From positions 96,001 through 160,000 of the forward strand of contig CAWJZV010000014.1 in assembly GCA_963847445.1 (NCBI GenBank): 64,000 nt of DNA, written 5' to 3'. The translations under genes were made by a program, and so were the position numbers. Source of the stretch: an uncultured delta proteobacterium. GTDB taxonomy: Bacteria > Desulfobacterota > Binatia > UBA9968. A model generated the notes under the pieces. It was given only the letters and a program-made list of their open reading frames with translations. It had not been told where the DNA came from and made no database searches. How positions within the stretch are numbered: position 1 is the stretch's first letter; each line of letters begins with the position of its first letter. Of this stretch, positions 52,637 through 61,260 are shown piece after piece.

Positions 52637-52706
52637 TTTTCGATTGCGGCTATGCCGCGCACTGTGTCTTGTGGTAAACATTCTTGCACCATCCAAAGGA
52701 GTCGAT

Positions 52707-53663
52707 ATGCGTATCAAGTCGATCCCCTTTCTCGTTATTCTCTTTCTGATGATCGGAGTCTCTCCGGCATCGGCGCAACTCAAGAAAGTTAGATTTTCCA
52801 CCACCGGGATTTCCATTTCCGAACTCCCTTTCAAAGTCGCCCAGGTCAAAGGATTCTGGCGCGAAGAAGGCCTCGATGTCGAAGCGATTCTCATCCGCGG
52901 CGCGGTCGGCATGCAGGCGCTTTTGGGCGGCTCGGTCGATTACACCTCGGCCTCTGGCTCGACCATCGCCGCGGCGGTGCGCGCTTTGCCGGTCAAGCTG
53001 GTGTTCATTTCTTCATCCAAGCCGCAGTTCGAGCTCATGTCCCAGCCGCAGATTAAATCCGTTCAGGATTTGAAAGGAAAAATCGTCGGCATTTCGTCGC
53101 GCGGCGGTTCCAACGATTTGATGCTGCAAATAATTTTACAGAAAAACGGCCTCGCGCCGAACAAGGATGTCACAGTCATCATTGTCGGAGCCCAAGAAGA
53201 ATCGGTAATTGCCCTTCGAACCGGCAGAATAGCCGCCGCACTTATTACCCCGCCGAGAAATTTCATGCTCCAGCGTGATGGCTTCAACCGCATCGCTTAT
53301 TCGGGTGATTATCTGTCAACCTATGCCAACGGCGGCATCGGCGTCACCGACGAAAAAATTAAAACCAACCCCACAGAGGTTCTCGCCTTCGTGCGCGGCA
53401 CCATCAAAGCTCTCCAGTATTCGATGAAAAACCGCGCCGAGATGATAAAAATCATGCCGGGCTACTTGGGCATCAAAGACCCCGCGTTGATCGATCAGCT
53501 CTACGATCTCTATCTGACGCGCCAATCGGTGGACGGCTCGGTAGACGACAATTGGATGAAAGGCGCAATCGAATTCACCCAAAAAACTCTCGGCGGCGCC
53601 GTCAAGGAAGTTCCGCCGAGCCAGGTTTTCGATTTCAGCTTCGTGCAAAAAGCCGTGAAATGA
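52707..53663 (+). CDS. ABC substrate-binding protein, SsuA/NMT1 type
   Basis: AAGGAG RBS; AQLKKVRF, KGFWREEGLDVE, DLKGKIVGISSRGG, VFDFSFVQKA. Confidence 0.9.
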   Translation: MRIKSIPFLVILFLMIGVSPASAQLKKVRFSTTGISISELPFKVAQVKGFWREEGLDVEAILIRGAVGMQALLGGSVDYTSASGSTIAAAVRALPVKLVFISSSKPQFELMSQPQIKSVQDLKGKIVGISSRGGSNDLMLQIILQKNGLAPNKDVTVIIVGAQEESVIALRTGRIAAALITPPRNFMLQRDGFNRIAYSGDYLSTYANGGIGVTDEKIKTNPTEVLAFVRGTIKALQYSMKNRAEMIKIMPGYLGIKDPALIDQLYDLYLTRQSVDGSVDDNWMKGAIEFTQKTLGGAVKEVPPSQVFDFSFVQKAVK

Positions 53664-53782
53664 TTCGCCGTCGGTGCATCGCTGACTTCACAAGCAGGGG
53701 GAAGCATCTTAGCAGCGACGCAAACGATGCGGTTCCCTACGGTCTGCTCTCGGGAAGAACTGCCGAGATTGGTTGTCTGGAA

Positions 53783-53798
53783 GTATCAAACATGATAC
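53783..53798 (+). promoter_or_regulatory. palindromic operator upstream of the TA-like pair
   Basis: GTATCA-AACA-TGATAC just downstream of TTGTCT (-35-like), 9 bp before the toxin start. Confidence 0.55.
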
Positions 53799-53807
53799 CT
53801 ATGGAAT

Positions 53808-54008
53808 GTGGGCCGGAAGAAGCGGGGCGGATACATTTTCGAAACTTATTCGGGAGATCACCCGCCCTATCACGTGCACATCTACAAGGACGACGAATTG
53901 ATCGGTCGATACGATATTGAGAACCAAAAAGCCATGGACGGGATTTTTTCAGGGCAAATCCTCAAATTTCTGGAAGAATTGGGATACAAGAGATCAGCGA
54001 AAGGATAG
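53808..54008 (+). CDS. DUF4160-like small protein (putative toxin)
   Basis: GGYIFETYSGDHPPYHVHIY, matching the DH.PPH.H motif of DUF4160. Confidence 0.7.
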   Translation: MGRKKRGGYIFETYSGDHPPYHVHIYKDDELIGRYDIENQKAMDGIFSGQILKFLEELGYKRSAKG

Positions 54009-54011
54009 CCG

Positions 54012-54536
54012 ATGGCTAGAGCAGTAGCGACAAAATACGCGGACAGTTCGCCCGAGCCGAGTTTCGCAGCCAAGATCCGAGACGCCCGCTACCTAGTTAG
54101 AAATAATCATTTCGTGGTCACATTCGACAGCGGCAAGGAGTATAGCTTCCCACGCTCCGCGTTAGACATCGATGATGGCAGCGAGGTGGCGAGCGTGAGA
54201 GTCGACCGCAAGCGTTTTTTCTTTCACGTGACCCAAACCTCCGGCAACTGCTACGAAGTCCCCTGGGATCGCGTTCTACACGAAGCCGAACCCTCGTACC
54301 CTTTCTTCCGGGGTCGTACGACTCGGGCTAAGAAGGCCCAGGAAATAGGCACGACGATTCGAAAAATGCGCATAGAAAAAGGGATCACACAGCAAGCACT
54401 GGCGCGCGCCGCCGGCATGATTCGCGCAAACCTTTCCCGCATAGAAGCCTCAAAGCATCGCCCCACGCTTGAGACGATAGAAAGAATCGCCACCGCTCTC
54501 CAGGTTCCCGTCGCGGATTTGATTGCGGCGCGCTAA
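54012..54536 (+). CDS. DUF2442-like domain fused to an XRE HTH (putative antitoxin)
   Basis: N-terminal RYL...VVTFDSGKEYSFP; C-terminal IRKMRIEKGITQQALARAAGMIRANLSRIEASKHRPTLETIERIATALQV. Confidence 0.75.
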   Translation: MARAVATKYADSSPEPSFAAKIRDARYLVRNNHFVVTFDSGKEYSFPRSALDIDDGSEVASVRVDRKRFFFHVTQTSGNCYEVPWDRVLHEAEPSYPFFRGRTTRAKKAQEIGTTIRKMRIEKGITQQALARAAGMIRANLSRIEASKHRPTLETIERIATALQVPVADLIAAR

Positions 54537-54657
54537 CCTTGTGTCACGCCGTATCGCCAGAAATCGAGGCAAGTCTCACGTTGTGCCAGAGGTACGTGCC
54601 ATGCTTTTACTTATTTAAATTCTCCTGACTCACGCTCTGACCAACTTCGGTTGCCCG

Positions 54658-56406
54658 CTAATTCGCCCGATCCGGTCGCTCATTCGTTTCCGCCGCTTTC
54701 GCCAGCCGAACGTCGATCAGCGCCACTTGTCCGCCGGCGACGGCTTTCAAGCCGCGTTGGAGCGCGGCGCGCACTTCGCCGGGCTCTTCGACTTTTTCGC
54801 CGTAGCCGTCGAAGGCGCGCGCGATCATCGCGTAGTCCGGACTGGGATTGATCGAGATGCCGATGAAGTCCTGGTTCTTCACGGCGAAGCCGTCGGGGAA
54901 GAAACGCGGCACGCCGGATTTTTGCGAATGGTAGCCGTAATTATTGAAGAGCACGATCATGATCGGCAGATTGTGCTCCTGGCAAACTCCAAGAGTCGCC
55001 AGTCCGGGATCGTAGTTGAACGCGCCGTCACCGATCAGACACAAAACCGGCCGCTTGGGATTCGCCGCTTTGACACCAAGCGCGGTGCCCGTGCCGGTGC
55101 CGAGTCCGCCGATGCAGCCGGCAAAGAACGTGCCCGGCTTGAGCATGTCGAGATAGCGGTGAATCGAAAGTCTGTGCGTAATGGTTTCCTCGACGACGAT
55201 GGCATCGGCCGGAATGACCTGCGCCAACTCGTGCGTGACCCAGCGCGTGTCGATCGGTTTTTGCTCCCTGCGCTTGAGCGCGTCTTCTTGCCAAGCGGCT
55301 CTGCGCGCGGCATGGCGGCTACTCCAGGTCTCGCCGCGCCGCGCCGCGTCGCCGTTTCCTTTGGAAACTTTTTTCTTCACGGCTTCGAGTAAATACTTCA
55401 TCGATCTTTCGATCTCGCCGGTGAGAATTTGATTGACCGGATAGCCCCAGTAAGGCATCTCCGAGCGCAGCGGATTATCCGACAAGACCGCGAGTTTGGT
55501 TCCAGGGTTTAATTTCTTCGAAGCCGGATGCCAGGGCGCGACGACTCCCAAAAGAAAAATCACGTCCGATTCCACCAAGAATTCGACCGGCTCGAAACCG
55601 GCATGCAGCGGATGGGTGCGCGGAAAGTTTATGTAGCTCGACGCCCGGCTTTCGACGACGCCGGCGCCGAGCAACTCGGCCAGCTCGACGAGTTGTTCGA
55701 CCACCCGTGGGTCGCGTCCTGCCTCCTCGGTGACGATCAGGGGATTTTTCGCGCCGGCGAGGGACGCCGCGAGTTCGTCGAGCGCCGCCGGATCGGCCAT
55801 GGGCGCCGGAATCGGGACATTTTCCGCCGCCGCGTTCTTGGTCATTTTATCGAACAGATATTCCATCGGCAGCGAAACGAAGACCGGTCCCTTGGGAGTG
55901 CCCATCGCCAATTGGCAGGCACGCTGGATGGTCGACGGCAACAGCGATTTCGCGTTGACGCCGTAGCTCCATTTAACGCAGCGTTCCACGAGACGCGCCG
56001 GTCCGCCAATATCGGCCAAGGCGCCGAGCCATTGCGCGCCCACGTCCGGACCCGCCTCTTCGCCGAAACCTAATGACTCGCCGGTGAACACCACCATGGG
56101 AATCTGTTCATGCAGCGCGCCGCGCAGCGCCATCGTCGCATGCAGCGCGCCGACCGTGGTGTGGATCATGACCGCGGCAAGTTTTCCTGTCGCCTTGGCG
56201 TAGCCGCTGGCCATGCCGACGGCGACCTCTTCGTGGCGCGAGCTGATATACTGCGGCACGCCCTCGCTCTGCGCCTTGGCTTTGGCAAACGCTTCCCACA
56301 CCGGCGCCCACTCCGAGCCGGGGGAAGAAAAGATTCGATCCACTCCCATATGTGAGAGCACGCGCAATAAAGTATCGGCGCCGGTCAAGCCTTCGGTCTC
56401 GATCAT
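54658..56406 (-). CDS. thiamine pyrophosphate-binding protein (acetolactate synthase/decarboxylase family)
   Basis: RHEEVAVGMASGYA, PKGPVFVSLP, IGDGAF...NN motif. Confidence 0.92.
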   Translation of the reverse strand: MIETEGLTGADTLLRVLSHMGVDRIFSSPGSEWAPVWEAFAKAKAQSEGVPQYISSRHEEVAVGMASGYAKATGKLAAVMIHTTVGALHATMALRGALHEQIPMVVFTGESLGFGEEAGPDVGAQWLGALADIGGPARLVERCVKWSYGVNAKSLLPSTIQRACQLAMGTPKGPVFVSLPMEYLFDKMTKNAAAENVPIPAPMADPAALDELAASLAGAKNPLIVTEEAGRDPRVVEQLVELAELLGAGVVESRASSYINFPRTHPLHAGFEPVEFLVESDVIFLLGVVAPWHPASKKLNPGTKLAVLSDNPLRSEMPYWGYPVNQILTGEIERSMKYLLEAVKKKVSKGNGDAARRGETWSSRHAARRAAWQEDALKRREQKPIDTRWVTHELAQVIPADAIVVEETITHRLSIHRYLDMLKPGTFFAGCIGGLGTGTGTALGVKAANPKRPVLCLIGDGAFNYDPGLATLGVCQEHNLPIMIVLFNNYGYHSQKSGVPRFFPDGFAVKNQDFIGISINPSPDYAMIARAFDGYGEKVEEPGEVRAALQRGLKAVAGGQVALIDVRLAKAAETNERPDRAN

Positions 56407-56419
56407 AAAAATCTCCTCG

Positions 56420-56458
56420 CGTTCAAAACGTTCAAGTCGTTCCAGCCGTTCAAATCGT
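56420..56458. repeat. 9-mer tandem array (CGTTCAAnn)
   Basis: cgttcaaaacgttcaagtcgttccagccgttcaaatcgt. Confidence 0.65.
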
Positions 56459-56475
56459 ATCGGTCATTTTTTCTG

Positions 56476-56619
56476 ATTCTGCTGAATAACCCTCGCTCAC
56501 CCTTCGACAGAGCTCAGGGCGAACGGGGAGAAGATTGAGAACGTTAAGAATTTTCCGTTCTACTGAGCTTGTCGAAGTTGAGCCCGTCGAAGCGTTCCTA
56601 GGGGTTTTTCAGAAGAATC
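56476..56619. mobile_element. MITE-like element enclosing a CTTCGACA REP pair
   Basis: Outer IR gattctgctgaataaccc / ggggtttttcagaagaatc; inner cttcgacagagctcagggcgaacgg ... ccgttctactgagcttgtcgaag. Confidence 0.6.
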
Positions 56620-56665
56620 TTTTCTTACTCCGAACCCCTCACTCCTTACCCCTTACCTTTTACCG

Positions 56666-57673
56666 TCACTTCTCTCCCCACAATTTTTTGAGAAACCCGC
56701 TGTCCCTCAGCTCGTTGGTGAAACGCGAATCGTAAAACTCCTCGGTTTTCACCGCCGGACCCTGGGGCATCGATTTACTCATGAGCGTGAGGATCAGCTC
56801 GATGCCTTTGGGATCGACTTGGAGGGTTCGTTCCACGGCCGCCGACTCAGACTCGATCGCGTGGCCATTCACTTCGCGGTCTTCGACTTTGGTATATTTG
56901 GCGACGATCTGGATGGTCCCTTCTTTGTTCGTGAGAAAATAGTGAATCGCTTCCGCGTAAGCGCGCATGAATTTCGCCAGGTCAGCTTGCTTGCGCTCGA
57001 CGGTGTTGCGCGCGGACAGGAGAACCGTCGATGCCAAGGGAATCTTCATGGCCGTGATATCCAGGATCACCTTGAAGCCCAGCCTCTGGGCAAACAGATC
57101 GTGCGGCGTGCTCGTGCTAACGGCGTCGATGGTTCCCGCCTTGAGCGCCGGGATTCCCTGGCCGATGCTGCCGAGCTGGATATATTGGAGGTCTTTGAGC
57201 GGATCTATGTTGTAACGCGCCAGCGATGCTTGAGTGAACATGTCCGGATTCGAACCGATCCGGTCGATACCGAGCCGCTTGCCTTTCAGATCCTGGACGC
57301 TGGCGATTTCTTTTTTGCCGACGATGGCGCCGGTCATGCGGTTTTTGGTCTGGCCGATCATCGCCAAATTCTTATTCCCGCCGGCGATCGCCCTTATCGG
57401 GGCGAAGCCGCCGATCACTCCGACATCGACGTCGCCCGACAGGATCGCCGTGGTGCCGAGCGGACCGGACGCGATGAACACCAAGCGAACGTCTAAGCCC
57501 TGCTTCTTGAAAAATCCCGCTTCTTTGGCGATCCACATGGGCGCCATCGAAACCACCGGCGCGGTGTAGAATGCGGTGAGAGTGGAAGTTTGTCCGGCGC
57601 TTTCGTGCACCGCGCCGAGACTGGTTGAGAGGACAATGCCGATTAGCGCTAGCAGCCTAAGAAAATAAGTCAT
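56666..57673 (-). CDS. ABC substrate-binding protein, SsuA/NMT1 type
   Basis: WIAKEAGFFKKQGLDV, DLKGKRLG, FYDSRFTNELRDSGFLKKLW. Confidence 0.9.
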   Translation of the reverse strand: MTYFLRLLALIGIVLSTSLGAVHESAGQTSTLTAFYTAPVVSMAPMWIAKEAGFFKKQGLDVRLVFIASGPLGTTAILSGDVDVGVIGGFAPIRAIAGGNKNLAMIGQTKNRMTGAIVGKKEIASVQDLKGKRLGIDRIGSNPDMFTQASLARYNIDPLKDLQYIQLGSIGQGIPALKAGTIDAVSTSTPHDLFAQRLGFKVILDITAMKIPLASTVLLSARNTVERKQADLAKFMRAYAEAIHYFLTNKEGTIQIVAKYTKVEDREVNGHAIESESAAVERTLQVDPKGIELILTLMSKSMPQGPAVKTEEFYDSRFTNELRDSGFLKKLWGEK

Positions 57674-57824
57674 CGCGCACCTCCCTTTGTCCCTGCGGTT
57701 GCGCGGCGCGATTCGCCGCGCGCCAAAGTTCGGGGGTCAAGACAACGTCTCGCCCCGCATATCGCAAGCTCTAGCCGATGTCCATACGCCGCCACTCCAT
57801 TTTAGATTTTGGTCTGCGGGGCCG

Positions 57825-57895
57825 TCACTGAATCACCTTATTTGCCCGCGCCAGCATTTTGTACGGAATTGTATGACCAATTTTTTTGCCGCCTT
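57825..57895 (-). pseudogene. C-terminal remnant of an ABC_sub_bind (Trp/Tyr-type) SBP
   Basis: Reads KAAKKIGHTIPYKMLARANKVIQ*, matching the family end AK.IGLTIP..LARAD.VI. Confidence 0.6.
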
Positions 57896-57996
57896 GCCGG
57901 ACTATAGACCGGTGCAGGCTCCCGCTGTCAAGCAGAATGACTTTGAGTTGACAGAACGGCGCATTATCAAATAGCTTTGGCAGCGAGTGAGCGCGT

Positions 57997-58921
57997 ATGA
58001 GTCAGAAAACACCGGAAAATTGGCGCATGGACGTGCATCACCACGTGGTGCCGCCGCAGTACGCTGACGAGTCCATGCCGATCAAGCTGCCGAATACCGA
58101 AGCGCAACTACGCTCCATGGATAGTTGGCACATTCGCACCGCCATAACTTCGCTCACGCCGCGCGTGATTTTGAAAAATCTCCATCGGTCTGCGCGAAGT
58201 GGCGCGGGTCTGCAACGAATTCCAAGCCAGAATGTTGCTGGAGCACCCCGCACGATTCGGCTCCTTCGCTCTTCTTCCCCTGCCCGACGTTGACGGCGCG
58301 CTGGAAGAGTTAACCTATGCGCTCGACATCTTGCACCTTGACGGCGTCGGGCTTTTTTCCAGCGTCAACGACCACTACTTGGGCGACCCCTTATTCGATC
58401 CGCTGTTCGACGAGCTGAACCGGCGCCAAGCCGTGGTGTTCATCCATCCGACCCACTGCGAAGCGCCCGAGCACACTGGCTTACGCGCGCCGCCGTTCGC
58501 GGTCGAATATGTGTTCGACACCACCCGAGCCATCGTCAATCTGATTTATACCGGCACGCTCAAGCGTTGCCCCGACATTCGCTTCATCGTCGCCCATGGC
58601 GGCGGCACGGTGCCGTATCTCGCCGAACGGATCGCCATGATGGAAGGCCACCGCGGCGCCAAAAACGTCACTGACGTGATTCCCACGCTGCGCGCGCTCT
58701 ACTATGAGACCGCGAGTACCACGTCTGCATTCGCGCTCCGCTCGCTACAGGAGTTCGCCGATCCGAGCCATATCCTGTGGGGCTCGGATCTGCCGTTCGT
58801 CTACGGCACGCGCTTGCAGCGCGAAGTCGAGCACTGGGAACATTACGCCGGCTTCGACGACGCGGCGCGGCGCGCTATCGAAGAACAAAACGCGTTACGA
58901 CTATTTCCGCGCTTCGCCTAG
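57997..58921 (+). CDS. amidohydrolase_2 family (aromatic acid decarboxylase-like), frameshift ~58190
   Basis: DVHHHVVP, LPLPDVD, YLGDPLFDPLFDELNRR..VVFIHP, FDTTRA, HGGG, GSDLPF. Confidence 0.88.
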
Positions 58922-58970
58922 CGTAGCTCGGAGAATTGGCCGCAAAGAACGCAAAGGGCGCACAGAAGAA

Positions 58971-59134
58971 ATCGGAATATCTCTCGCAAACGCGCAAAGA
59001 CGCAAAGGCCGTAGAGGAAAAATGTCATTTCGACCGAAGGGAGAAATCTTTCTTAGATCCCTCGCATCCACTCGGGATGACGGGCCTCGGCCCGTCACTT
59101 GGCGTCTTTGCGCCTTTGCGAGAGGAATATCCGA
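58971..59134. mobile_element. composite MITE/REP element (copy 3)
   Basis: atcggaatatctctcgcaaacgcgcaaagacgcaaag ... tgtcatttcgaccgaagggagaaatct...gggatgac ... ttggcgtctttgcgcctttgcgagaggaatatccgaa. Confidence 0.8.
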
Positions 59135-59157
59135 AATAGAATGCGAGTGACGTTTCG

Positions 59158-60306
59158 GTGCAAATAAACATCATCGGCGCCGGTCCCGCCGGCCTTCTCT
59201 TCGCGCTGCTGATCAAGCGCCGCTATCCAAGTTGGCAGGTCAATGTCTTCGAGCAGAACCCGCCCGACGCCACCTTCGGTTTCGGCGTGGTGTTCTCGCT
59301 CAATGCCCTCGCGTTCCTCGAACGCGACGTGCCCGATTTGCACGCGCTGTTAGTTCCGCAGCTAGAATCCTGGCCCATGCAGCGCATAGTCCACCGCGAC
59401 GAGCGGGTGGAAATCGACGGCAACGGTTTTTCGGCCATCGGGAGATTAGAGCTCAATCAATTTCTCGACGCGCTGTGCCGCGCCGCGGGCGTGAGCGTCA
59501 TCTACAACCAATTCATCGAATCACTCGCTCAAGCAAAGGACTGCGATCTTCTCGTCGGCGCCGATGGTGCGAACTCGTTCGTGCGCCGCGCCCTGGAAGC
59601 GGAATTCCAACTCAAAACCGAGTGGCTCACCAACCGCTTCGCCTGGTACGGCACAACGCAGCCGTTCGAGTGTCTTAGCTTAACCTTCCGCGCTAATCAT
59701 GACGGCCACTTCGTCGCGCACCATTACCGCCACAGTCAAACGATGAGCACGTTCGTCGTCGAATGCGATGAAGCGACCTGGCGCCGCGCCGGCTTGGATC
59801 GAATGTCCGAGGATGCCAGCCGCACCTACTGTGAGCGGGTCTTCGCGCCGGATTTAAGCGGCCATTCGCTGGTATCCAATAAATCCATCTGGCGCCAGTT
59901 TCCGCTGCTGGTCACCAACCGATGGTCCGTTGGCAACGCCGTGCTCTTGGGCGACGCCCAGCGCACCGTGCATTTTTCCATCGGCTCGGGCACTCGCCTG
60001 GCATTCGAAGATGCCATCGCGCTCGATCGCGCCTTCGCTGACGCGGGCGACGATGCACCGCGCGCGCTGAAACTCTTCGAGCGCGAGCGCCGGCCCATCG
60101 TCGAAAAAATCGTCGCCGCCGCCAACGCCAGCTCCTATTGGTACGAGCGCATCGCCGAAAAAATGAAGTTGGAACCCTGGCAGCTCGCCTACGACTACAT
60201 GACCCGCAGCGGCCGCATGACCGACGAACGGCTGCGCGAGCTGTCGCCGAAGTTCATGGCGCGGATCGATCGCGAGCGCAGCGCCGGCCCGCGGCAGGGC
60301 TCGTAG
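59158..60306 (+). CDS. FAD monooxygenase, stand-alone salicylyl-CoA 5-hydroxylase/anthraniloyl-CoA monooxygenase N-domain type
   Basis: GAGPAG, TFGFGVVFS, GADG, LLGDA..TVHFSIGSGTRLAFED, MTRSGR. Confidence 0.85.
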   Translation: MQINIIGAGPAGLLFALLIKRRYPSWQVNVFEQNPPDATFGFGVVFSLNALAFLERDVPDLHALLVPQLESWPMQRIVHRDERVEIDGNGFSAIGRLELNQFLDALCRAAGVSVIYNQFIESLAQAKDCDLLVGADGANSFVRRALEAEFQLKTEWLTNRFAWYGTTQPFECLSLTFRANHDGHFVAHHYRHSQTMSTFVVECDEATWRRAGLDRMSEDASRTYCERVFAPDLSGHSLVSNKSIWRQFPLLVTNRWSVGNAVLLGDAQRTVHFSIGSGTRLAFEDAIALDRAFADAGDDAPRALKLFERERRPIVEKIVAAANASSYWYERIAEKMKLEPWQLAYDYMTRSGRMTDERLRELSPKFMARIDRERSAGPRQGS

Positions 60307-60386
60307 CTTGGTTCATACGCGCGGCGGCGCCGAGAGCACCGCCGCGTTGACGGCGATTCGACTTTTTTGCTACAAGCAAAGCCACC

Positions 60387-61151
60387 ATGAGCAACGATAA
60401 ACCCGCCGCGCTCGTCACCGGCGCGGCCACCGGCATCGGTCGCAGCGCCGCCGTGGCGTTGGCGCAAAACGGCTACGATGTAGCCGTCAATTTTAGCCGC
60501 AGCGAAGACGCGGCGAGGATCACGGCGCGCGCATGCGAAGCTGCGGGTGCCCGCGCGCTGCTCTACCGGGCGGATGTCAGTGACGACGCCGCCGTGCGCG
60601 CCATGCTGGCGGCGACCGAACAGGAATTCGGCAGACTCGACGTGCTGATCAACAATGCCGGCACGACGGTCGATGTCGACCCGAAAAATTTCGAAGCCAT
60701 GACAGTCGATGACTGGAATCGAGTCTTCAATGTCAACGTGCTCGGCTTATTTCTGGTCACCCGCGCGGCGGCGCCGCTGCTGAAAAAATCGCCCAACGGC
60801 TGCATCGTCAACACTTGCAGCATCGCCGGTCTGCGACCGAGCGCCCAGCCGTTGCCCTACGCGGCGAGCAAAGCGGCGGTGGCGAACCTAACCAAGACGC
60901 TGGCCAACGCGCTCGGACCGCAAATCCGCGTCAACGCGGTGGCGCCCGGCTGGATCGAAGGCGAGTGGATGAAGCGGACGCTGGCGGAGAACTACCAAGG
61001 CTTGATGGCGCGCCGAGCGAAATACACGCCGCTCAATCGCTGCTGCACCGAAGACGATGTCGCCGACAGCATGCTGAGCCTCATCCTACACAACCGCTTC
61101 GTCACCGGCGAGATCATTATCGTCGACGGCGGCTTTTCGAGCACAACGTAG
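60387..61151 (+). CDS. SDR family oxidoreductase
   Basis: TGAATGIG, NNAG, YAASK, VNAVAPG. Confidence 0.92.
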   Translation: MSNDKPAALVTGAATGIGRSAAVALAQNGYDVAVNFSRSEDAARITARACEAAGARALLYRADVSDDAAVRAMLAATEQEFGRLDVLINNAGTTVDVDPKNFEAMTVDDWNRVFNVNVLGLFLVTRAAAPLLKKSPNGCIVNTCSIAGLRPSAQPLPYAASKAAVANLTKTLANALGPQIRVNAVAPGWIEGEWMKRTLAENYQGLMARRAKYTPLNRCCTEDDVADSMLSLILHNRFVTGEIIIVDGGFSSTT

Positions 61152-61161
61152 ATGAAAATGG

Positions 61162-61244
61162 TCGACGATAGAGGATCGAGGATAGAGGATCACGATCTTC
61201 CATCCTTCATTTTCCATTGTCTATTCTCGATCCTCTATCATCGA
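61162..61244. repeat. hairpin with 7-mer (GAGGATA/C) tandem arms
   Basis: tcgacgatagaggatcgaggatagagg ... tctattctcgatcctctatcatcga. Confidence 0.8.
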
Positions 61245-61260
61245 GGGATGGGAGGAGGAG

